From: the human T2T-CHM13v2.0 reference genome, Homo sapiens
Reading direction: 5' to 3' (one strand)
NCBI RefSeq assembly: GCF_009914755.1
Contig: NC_060928.1
DNA length: 64,000 nucleotides
The notes beneath the pieces were generated by a model, which did not search any database, was not told the DNA's origin, and worked only from the letters and a program-made list of their open reading frames with translations. Both the position numbers and the translations under genes were made by a program. Below, in pieces: positions 53,837-64,000 of this stretch; within the stretch, counting starts at the first letter, position 1; every line of letters starts with the position of its first letter.

Positions 53837-56184
53837 TGATATGGTTTGGCTCTGTGTCCCCACCCACATCTCATCTCGAATTGTAATCCCCATGAGTTGA
53901 GGGAGGGACCTGGTAGGAGGTGACTGGATCGTGGGGGCCGTTCCCCCATGCTGTTCTCCTGATAATGAGGGAGTTCTCATGAGATCTGATGGTTTTAAAA
54001 GTGGCAGTTTCCCCTGTACTCTCTCTCTCTCCCGCTGCCTTGTGGAGAAGGTGCTGGCTTCTCCTTCACCTCTGGCCATGATTGTAAGTCTCCTGGGGCC
54101 TACCCAGTCATGAGGGACTATGAATCAATTAAACCTCTTTCCTTTATAAATTACCCAGTCTCAGGTAGTATCTTTATAGCAGTGTGAAAATGGACTAATA
54201 AAGAGAATTTGTACTGGGGGTGGGGCACTGCTATAATGATAACCTGAAAATGTGGATATGACTTTAGAACTGGGTAACTGGCAGAGGTTGGAACAGTTTG
54301 GAGAGCTTAGAAGAAGAGAGGAAGATGTGGGAAAGTTTGGAACCTCCTAGAGACTTGTTGAATCGTTGTAACCAAAATTCTGATAGTGATATGGACAATG
54401 AAGTCCAGGCTGAGGTGGTCGCAGATGGAGATGAGGAACTTATTGGGAACTAGAGTAAAAGTCACTCATGCTATGCTTTAGCAAAGAGACTAATGCTTTA
54501 GCAAAGTGGCATTTTGTCCCTGCCCTAGAGATCTGTGGAACTTTGAACTTGAGAGAGATGATTTAGGGTATTGGGTGGAAGAAATTTCTAAGCAGCAAAG
54601 CATTCAAGATGTGACGTGGCTTATTCTGAAAGTGTTCAGTTATATGCGTTCACAAAGAGATGGTTTGAAATTGGAAGCTATGTTTAAAAGGGAAGCAGAG
54701 CATGAAGGTTTGGAAATTTTGCAGCCTGAACATATGGTAGAAAAGAAAAACCCATTTTCTGAGGAGGAATTCAAGCTGGCTGCAGAAATTTGCATAAGTA
54801 ATGAGGAGCTGAATGTTAATAGCCAAGACAATTGGGAAAATGTCTCCCATGCATGTCAGAGACCTTCACGGTAGCCCCTCCCATCACAGGCCCAGAGGCC
54901 TAGGAGAGAAAAACGACTTCATGAGCGGGGCCCAGGGCTGCACTGCTCTGTGCAGCTTCAGGACTTGGTGCTTTGTGTCCCCACCACGCCAGCTCCAGCA
55001 ATGGCTAAAAGGGGCTGAGGTACAGGTTGGGCCATTGCTTCAGAGAGTGCAAGCCCCAAGCCTTGGCAGCATCCACATGGTGTTGGCCCTAAGGGTGCAC
55101 AGAAGAGAAGATATGAGATTTAGGAACCTCCGCCTAGATTTCAGAGCATGTATGGAAATGCCTGGATGTCCAGGCAGAAGTCTGCTGCAGGGTCAGAGCC
55201 CTCATAGAGAACCTCTGCTAGGGTGCTGTGGAAGGGAAATGTGGGGTTGGAACCCCACACGAAGTCCCCATGGGGGCACTGCCTAGTGGAGCTGTAAGAA
55301 GAGGGCCACCATCCTCCAGGCCTCAGAAAGGTAGATCCACTGACAGCTTGTGCCATGCCCCTGTAGAAGCTGCAGGCACCCAATGCCAGCTTGTAAAAGA
55401 AGTCACAGGAGCTGTACCCCACAGAGCCACAAGGGTGGATCTGCCCAAGGTCATGGGAGCCCACCCGTTGCATCAGCATACCCTAGATGTGAGATATGGA
55501 GTCAAAGGAGATTTTGGAGCATTAAGGTTTAATGACTGCCCGGTTGGGTTTAAGACTTGGATAGGGCCACTTTGTTTTTGCCAATTTCTCCCATTTGGAA
55601 GAGGAACATTTACCCAATGCCTGTTCCCCATTGTATCTTGGAAGTAAGTACGTTGCTTTTGATTTAACAGGCTCATAGGTGGAAGGGACTTACTTTCTTC
55701 AGATGAGACTTTGGACTTGGACTCATGGGTTAATGCTGAAATGAGTTAAGACTTTGGGGGATGGTTGGGAAGGCATGATTGGTTTTGATATGTATAAAGG
55801 ACATGAGATTTAGGAGGGGCCTGGGGCAGAATGATATGGTTTGGCTCTGTGTACCCACCCAAATCTCATCTGGAATTGTAATCCCCAGGTGTTGAGGGAG
55901 GGACCTGGTGGGAAGTGACTGGATCATGGGGGTGTTCTCCTGATAGTGAGGGAATTCTTATGAGATCTGATGTTTTTAAAAGTGGCAATTTCCCCTGTGT
56001 TCGTTCTCTCTCCTGCCACCTTGTAAAGAAGGTGCTGGCTTCTTCATCTTCCTCCATGATTGTAAATTCCTGAGTGCCCCGTACCCCCAGCCATGTGAAC
56101 TGTGAGTCAATTAAACCTCTTTCCTTTATAAATTACCCAGTCTCAGGTAGTATCGTTATAGCGTTGTGAATACGGACTATTACT
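53837..56184 (+). mobile_element. Complete THE1D/MSTA-like MaLR provirus (LTR-int-LTR)
   Basis: 5' LTR 53837-54202, internal ~1.63 kb ending in a polypurine tract, 3' LTR 55832-56184, 5-bp TSD CTAGG. Confidence 0.92.
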
Positions 56185-56572
56185 CTAGGTAACACTGTAC
56201 TGCTTTTATCCAAAAGTGAGTCTGCATGGAAATGGGCTTTCCAGTGAGTTAGAGGCACAGATATGATTTGGAGACACCTGAGCACTCACTGTAGTTTCTC
56301 TCCATGCTTGGTTTTGCCAACATTGAATTTGAATCAAGAATCAGAAAAGTGCATTTGTATACATTCTGTTGAACAGAATCCCACAGATTATACATTCTTC
56401 AGGAATGGTGATATAAGCTCCACATGGAAGTACAATGATGGCACTTTTTCTAAATTTGAAGCATCATTGCCATGTAGTGACAGTGCTGCAAGCAACTGCC
56501 CCCACTAGAAAGGTTGGAGGCTGAGAGAAGATAGGCTGTGTGGTTATTTTGCATCCCGTGGAATATGGTATC

Positions 56573-57005
56573 TGTATTAGTTTCCTAGGGCTGCTATAAC
56601 AAAGTACTTTTGCTTTAAAAGACAGAAATATACTGTCTCACAGTTCTGGAAGCTAGAAGTCTGAAATCAAGATGTCAGCAGTCCCCTGCTCCGTGTAAAA
56701 CCTGTAGGGAAGAATCCTTTTGCCTATTCCTAGCTTCTGGTGGTGGCTGTCAATCCTTGGCATTCCTTTGCTTGTAGCTATAGCACCTCAATCTCTGCCA
56801 TTGTCATTACATGGCATTCTATATGAGACAATGTTCAAATTTCCACGTTTCATAAGGTCACCAGCCATGTTAGATTAGGGCCCACCCTAACGGACTCAAC
56901 TTGATTACATCTGCAAAGATCCATTTCCAAATAAGGTCACATTCACAAGCACTGACAATCAGGACTCCAACACACCTTTTAGGGGAAAACAAATCAATCC
57001 TTAGC
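56573..57005 (-). mobile_element. MLT1C-like LTR
   Basis: tgtattagtttcctagggctgctataacaaagtac…ccaaataaggtcacattcaca. Confidence 0.8.
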
Positions 57006-57899
57006 AATCCTTAATTAATTGTGGAACTGAATCTAACAGTGTGTGGTGGTGGTGGTGGTGGTGGTGGGAGTGAGACAGATGGCTCTTTTCACCTGTCCAA
57101 AACCTACCTGAAATGATACAGAGTCACAAAACTAACCTATCAGAGTGCCTTTGAATATTTAAAGTCAATTGAGTTATCATTAATGAAGTGAGGAGTAATT
57201 TGCTCTGTCAAAAAAATAGGTTTCGTACACATGATGAAAAACCAAGGTTTTTGTTCCTGACCATTTAGGCATTGAGGAGCTATTGATGTTTCTAAGTACC
57301 AAAACGATGTGATCAAGCATGTTATAGAAAAATTGTTCCAGCAATAGTGTGAATAACACATAGTTCAGGGAAAAGAGTAGAGGCAGAAATAGCAATTAGG
57401 AAATCTCTACAAGGTCTTGGAGAGATAAATTAGTGGCGGAGGGCTGAGATATGTGTGTATATAGCAGTGGGTGGGTATGCTGGTTGAAACGGTGACCATA
57501 AAGAGAAGGGGAGGGGAAAGGTTAGAGAATATTCTGAGTGACCTATCAGATGTGACTTTTAAGAAAGTCAGAAGAATTGATATTGACTCTGAATTGATGG
57601 GCTTAGGTAAGTGGATGGGACGTGTCACCATTAACTGGGACAGAAAGCACAGGAGAAAATGCAGATTTTCTATGGGATAGAGAGAATAATAATATACAAG
57701 ATGTTAAACAGGGATCACAAAGGCATGAGTTTTATGAAAAACTACCTTTGCCTGGGGAAGTCATACAAGGACATTGCACTGCAGTGTTCTCTAATAAAAA
57801 GGCCTGCAGTCACTCCACACTCAAAATGTTCCAAAGGGCTCATTTTCCCTTTCTGCTGTCAACTTTCTCCACTCCCCTACAACCAGTCCTGTATTTTCT

Positions 57900-58620
57900 A
57901 CCCTGATGGGTAGCACCACCATTTACTTATCTCTAAAGCTATAAAACTGGAAACTTCTTCAGTGCTTCCCTATTATTGAACCCTCATATCTAGTCATCAA
58001 GTCTTGTCTATTTCATCTTATGAATCTCTTAAATCTACCCCATCTCTCCATTTCCATTGCCCCTGCTTTACTTAAGGTCATAGCCTTCTCTACCCTGCTC
58101 TATTGCCATAGCACCTTAACAAGTCAATCTGCCACTGCACTTGCCCTCATTTCAACATTACAGCCAAAGTGCTCTTTGCAGAAGGCAAGTCTGATCATAT
58201 TGCTTCCACGCCAAAACCTTTCACTGTCCCCTGCCTGACTGCCTGTCAAAAAAAGTTCAAACTGCATAACCTGGCCTGCAAACCCTATATGTTTTTGCAT
58301 CTGCTTGTTTCTAAGCTTAGTCTGCTTCTATAGTGCTACTTTCCCAGTACACTCCAGTACATTTAAGGATTGTGGTCCTTGCTTCTTCTTTGCATGGTGT
58401 TTCCTCCACCTGAATTGTCCTTTCGTACCTGCTCCACTGGAATGACCTCTGCTTTAATGCTCTCCCTGATGCTGCTGTGCACAACTAACCCTCTAATTTT
58501 CTCTTTTAATTCTGTATTGACATACTTCCCCTGTTACACTTATAACACTGTGTGTCGTTTTTAATACAGCTGACTCCCTAAGTCATCGGCAAGCTCCTTG
58601 AGGGCAGGGATTGTCTAAAT
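57900..58620 (+). mobile_element. L2 LINE fragment
   Basis: Pyrimidine-rich L2-like sequence ending near aagctccttgagggcaggga. Confidence 0.55.
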
Positions 58621-59398
58621 TCCATTCTGCAGCAAACTGAGCAGCTATTTTGTTTCATGCACTATGTTTTTGCTCAAGATATGAAGATGAATGTGTTACT
58701 TGTCTCAAGTTTATATAACCTGTTGACTAAAAAATTAGATAATTCAAATATCAGAAACAAATTTAGCTTAATAGGAAAGTCAAGGAAAATGAAAATATTA
58801 AAAGAAAAAACTACATTGGTACAGTCAAAACTGAATAATAGGTAAGGTCAGAATATTAAAAGCCACTGTAAGACATACAAACCAGAGTAGCTACAGTATA
58901 TTCTTTAAAGCAAGCCATACGATCAAAACAGAACAAAGTGAGAGTTCATTTCCAAATGTGAAATGACATTTTTTAGCTTTTTCAAGGAAGAAATCAGTAG
59001 ACCAATACATTGTCTTTGACGTTTTCTTTGTACCAATTAAAGTAACTCTCGACTCTGCTTTTCTCCATTCAAAATGTAGACATGGTATAAAAATAAATAT
59101 ATTTTCTAAAAACCAGAGTAGGTAAGCTCTTCATTTCTGCTGAGAACTGACCTCCAGAAACATCTGACCTGGCTTCTGAGGGAAACTTTCCTCCATGGCC
59201 ACCAACACCTGTGTTAGAAACCACACCATTTTCCCGCCTGAGTTATTGCAGTTATGTCCTCCCTGAACTTCCCTAATCTCTCTTGCTCTTGAACATCCTA
59301 TCATATCTCCTTCTTTGTTTTTAAGGTCCAGTCCCCTATTTAATTTGCAGATCCCTGCATAGTCTGCCCATGCCTATGTCTGGGATGCAGCCTACTTT

Positions 59399-60300
59399 TG
59401 AAATGGGAAAAGTTCCCTTGCCCCCTCACAGCGCATGTGATGGGGGTGTGTGTCTTGCTTCTTCAGTTCCCCGCTGCTCAAATGTCTAGGGGAGCACACA
59501 GACAGGCAGGCTGTGGGGCTCGGACCCCACGGCAGTGTCTAGGGGTGAATCTTTACAGCTCCTGAAGAACCCATGGGCATGTGTTACAGTGTAATCTTTT
59601 GGTTTAGCCGTCTGTGGAAGGCTTGTGTTCGCTCAATTAGATCCCCTTTCTTATCACAAGGACAGAGGGCTTTCTGTATCCCAGGCTTTCTTGCCTTAGT
59701 GTACCAGAAGAACTGGATCACACATGGGCATGGAGATTGTGTGCAAGGTTTTATTGAGTAGAAGTAGCTCTCAGCAGATGGGGGAGCCAGAAGGGAGATG
59801 GCTTTCCCCTGGAGTCAGATGGCTCAATGGCCCGGCTCTTCTCAGACTGCCCTGGCCAAAGTCCGCCTTGTTCTGCGGGTCAATGGCCTGCCAGCGTGCT
59901 GGCATCTGTTGGTGTGCTCCCCTCAACACCCGCTAGTGTTTGAGCGACGTTGTGTGTGAAACACGTTGGTGTTTCACCGACGTCCTCCCCTCAACACCCG
60001 CTAGATGTCCAGCCGCTTGTCTTCTTCCGCGGATGTATTCCTCTCGCTGTCCAGCAGCTTCAGTCTCTGCCTTGCTAGGGTCTCGGGTTTTTATAGGCCC
60101 AGAATTGGGGGCTTGGCGGGCCAGGGTGGTCTTGGAAAATGCAACATTTGCGAGCGAAGGCAGAAGTGCCTGTCCTCACCTAGGTCGGTGTGGGTAGAGC
60201 CCTAGCCTGGGACCACGCGCCTTTCTCTAGCCAGCACTTCCCTGTCCACACTCCCATATCATTTAAAGGGACCACACTCTTCCCTTCCCAGCACTCCTAT
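59399..60300 (-). mobile_element. MER50-like ERV1 solo LTR
   Basis: tgaaatgggaaaagttcccttgccccctc…gaccccacggcagtgtctaggggtgaat…gcaaggttttattgagt (poly(A) signal on minus strand). Confidence 0.75.
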
Positions 60301-60944
60301 AATGCTTTCAGCTTCAAACACTTCAAACACTTTCCCTTTTCAGGGACTTTGTGAAACGCCAGATTTAAACAAACAGACTCAGCAGATGCTGAGGATTTCA
60401 TAACAAAACTGTCTTGAGATAATTTGATATGTGACATTTTAAAAGTGAAAGCGTGAACATGGTTGTGATGGGAAAAAATCTGAATCTTGTGGAACCTGCT
60501 TACACCTACTTAGTGGTTTAGCACAGTTTTAATTTTGAATTACCTAAGGATGTGTATGTTTCTGGGGAAAAGGAAGAGCAGTATCTTTTCAGAACTTAAG
60601 GCTTCTTTCCGTCTTAATTCAGTCCTGCTGTTACAATGTGAATGAAGGCTTTTCTCTTATTCCTCCACTAACGGTTCTCGCCTTAAATAAAATTTATTTA
60701 GAGAGGCCTTCCCTTACCTTTCTACTCCACATCATGCCTTCTCATTATAAGCCCGCACTTGTCTGTCTATTCCTCCATCCCATGGCCCTAGGCTAGGCTA
60801 CCGTCCTTCTTCACTTCAACTACTGCAGCAACTTTAAAAGTGGTCTCACTACTGCTGTTCCTAATTTTCTCAGTCTAGTAAGTACACAGCAGCAGATTGT
60901 TCTTACAATGGGTCATGTCACTTTCTGCTTAAAATCCTTCAGTT

Positions 60945-61240
<296 letters not shown>

Positions 61241-62451
61241 AATTCTTTCAGTTCCTTCTCACTTCGTTTGAATAAAATCCAAACGTGATCTGGCTCCTGC
61301 CCCACCTGCCTCACTACCCTCCAACCGTGGTGATCACTGGTCTTCAGTTAAGATTCCTGCTGCATCATATCAAAATCATTCACCTCTCTGGCCTTTGCAT
61401 TTTCTGTTTCTTCTGCCTGGGAATTGCCTACCCTTCATCTGTAGATTTCAGCTTAGATATCACCTTCTCTGCCAGTTCTCATCAGATCACAGCCTCTAAA
61501 GACAGCCCCACTTTGTCCTTTTCTTGTTTGTTTTCTCATAGCACTTACCACAAGTTATAACAATGATAAGTGTTTGTTTATTTTTAATTAGTTAACTAAT
61601 TGGTTTTTCATCTGTCTCTCATTCTAAAATAAAGGGATGGGTCTGACTCATTCACCTTGGCATTCCCAGTGCCTAGCACATTACCTCATAATAAGCTCTT
61701 CAATATATGCTTATTGAATGAATGAGATTTTATTGCATACTTTATGTAATAGTCAGAACTTTTTACAATTTTAATTATATTTTTATGTGTGCTCTTATTG
61801 ACTTAATATTTTCTTTGCTAAAGTTCTATGAGAGTAGGGATCAGGTCCATTTTATTCACTGCTATGTTACTAGGACCTTGCAAGTAATAAGTCCCTCACC
61901 ATAATATTTATTCAATAAGTGAATTAAATAGTTATCAATCAAAGGGAGATATTTTAAAAGGTAATATTGGTGATTCTAGACAGTCTTTTGTGTTCAAGCA
62001 AAGTAGCTGAACTCTACTTTTAATGATCTGAACTTGGGAAAGGCAGTTTCAACAAGTAATAATTTACTATTTTTAAAATAATAAATTTACTATGCCTTTA
62101 ATTGTTTAATTTATAAATAAATTAATGGACAGAATAAATAATATAAATAATTTATGGACAGAATTAAACAATTAAAGGCATAGTAAATTATAATAATAAT
62201 TATAGTAAATAATTACTTACCACTAAGTAAACAATTATTATAATTTACTATGCCCTTAGTTCTGTCCATAAAACTTGTATCTAATAAGCCTGTCAAGTAG
62301 AGATGTTGCCTTTTCTTAATATAGTGATTCAGTCCTTTTATGTTAGTATATGCTTGAAATACTAGTTGTTTATGGAAATGGAATACACTTAAAATCACCT
62401 ATGATGTTCAACAACCTAGTCTGTGTTACTTAGATATTGGCTTCAGTATAA

Positions 62452-62586
62452 TTTTTTTTTTGATAGAAGGGGGGTCTCACTATGTGGTCTGAGCTGGCCT
62501 GGAACTCTTGGACTTGAGGGATCCTCCTCCCTCCTCAGCCTCCAGAGTAGCTGGAACTACAGGAATGCATCCCCATGCCCAGCTTA
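62452..62586 (-). mobile_element. FLAM/Alu monomer
   Basis: T tail followed by ggggtctcactatgt…cctcagcctccagagtagctggaactacagg. Confidence 0.75.
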
Positions 62587-62905
62587 GCCTCAGGATAATT
62601 TTGACAGAAAGTTCCCTTTAAGAGATTTCCAGAATTGATATTGGAGCATAATGTAGTCCCATATTTCTGATCTCTGGAAAAGGTTCAGTGCTATAATGTT
62701 AAATGGGCATTATGGTAACTGGCAAAAATCTCTACAACACCTTGTGTCTTCCAACAAGAGGTGGAGTCTATTTTCCCAGCCATTGCTGTACATACCCTGG
62801 GACTTGCTTTGATCAATGAATTACCGTAAGAGTGATGTTGTGCCAGTTATAAGACTTAAGAGGCCTTACACCTTTTGCTCTTGCTTTCTTACATACTTGG
62901 AAATG

Positions 62906-64000
62906 CCAAACCAAATCCAGCAGCACATAAAAAAGCTTATCCACCACAATCAAGTTGGCTTCATCCCTGGGATGCAAGGCTGGTTCAACATATGCAAATC
63001 AATAAAGATAATCCATCACATAAACAGAACCAACGACAAAAAACACATGATTATCTCAATAGATGCAGAAAACGCCTTCGACAATATTCAACAGCATTTC
63101 ATGCTAAAAACTCTCAATAAACTAGGTATCCATGGAGTGTATCTCAAAATAAGAGTTATTTATGACAAACCCACAGCGAATATCATACTGAATGGGCAAA
63201 ATCTGAAAGCATTCCCTTTGAAAACAGGCACAAGACAAGGATGCCCTCTCTCACCACTCCTATTCAACATAGCACTGGAAGTTCTGGCCAGGGCAATCAG
63301 GCAGGAGAAAGCAATAAAGGGTACTCAAATAGGAAGAGAGGAAGTCAAATTCTCTCTGCAGATGACATGACTGTATATTTAGAAAACCCCGTCATCTCAG
63401 TCCAAAATCTCCTTAAGCTGATAAGCAACTTCAGCAAAGTCTCAGGATACAAAATCAATGTGCAAAAATCACAAGCATTCCTATACACGAATAACAGACA
63501 AACAGAGAGCCAAATCATGAGTGAACTCCCATTCACAATTGCTACTAAGAGAATAAAATACCTAGGAATACAACTTACAAGGGATGTGAAGGATCTCTTC
63601 AATGAGAACTACAAACCACTGTTCAAGGAAATAAGAGAGGACACAAACAAATGGAAAAATATTCCATGCTCATGGATAGGAAGGATCAATATCATGAAAA
63701 TGGCCTTACTGCCCAAAGTAATTTATAGATTCAATGCTATCCCCATCAAAATACCATTGACTTTCTTTACAGAATTGGAAAAAAGTACTTTAAACTTCAT
63801 ATGGAACCAAAAAAGAGCCCGCATAGCCAACAGAATCCTGGACAAGAAGAACAAAGCTGGAGGCATCACGCTACCTGACTTCAAACTTTACTACAAGGCT
63901 ACAGTAACCAAAACAGCATGGTACTGGTACCAAACAGATATATAGACCAATGGAACAGAACAGAGCCCTCAGAAACAACACCACACATCTACCACCATCT
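62906..64000 (+). mobile_element. 5'-truncated L1PA (PA7/PA8-like) ORF2 RT region, runs off the window
   Basis: [27 protein letters not shown]…[14 protein letters not shown], then a frameshift and …[11 protein letters not shown]. Confidence 0.92.

Noticed and set aside
54506-55647. ORFs of 112-157 aa in the MaLR internal region
   Set aside because: Fragments of the known decayed MaLR internal ORF, not a host gene.
59918-60004. Repeated tcccctcaacacccgctag
   Set aside because: Short internal repeat within a MER50-like LTR; only two copies, not an array or CRISPR-like.
62816-63945. 184-aa and 234-aa RT-like ORFs
   Set aside because: Frameshifted, 5'-truncated L1 ORF2; the N-terminal extension is chance read-through from flanking DNA.

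Overview
Human (primate) genomic DNA covering the 5' end of PRKG2 (cGMP-dependent protein kinase II) on the minus strand. It holds a CpG-island promoter with a probable non-coding exon 1 (~38.6-38.9 kb), the first coding exon (28289-28762, ATG at 28749), about 28 kb of the following intron and about 25 kb of upstream DNA. The rest is mostly interspersed repeats (L1, Alu, MIR, L2, MaLR/ERV LTRs, hAT elements), and almost all other ORFs in the track are repeat-derived or chance. I see no new multi-gene system. The most unusual structure is a four-layer L1 nest in the intron: ancient L1M > full-length L1PA7-like > 5'-truncated L1PA3-like > human-specific pre-Ta L1HS piece. The innermost piece carries a ~290-bp 3' transduction and appears to be joined to its host seamlessly through homology. 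Also notable: a perfect 53-bp-arm inverted repeat, an ORF0-like antisense ORF pointing into PRKG2, a perfect 109-bp tandem duplication and a small inverted-copy rearrangement. Repeat subfamily names come from recalled consensus diagnostics, not from a RepeatMasker run, and boundaries of old repeats are approximate.
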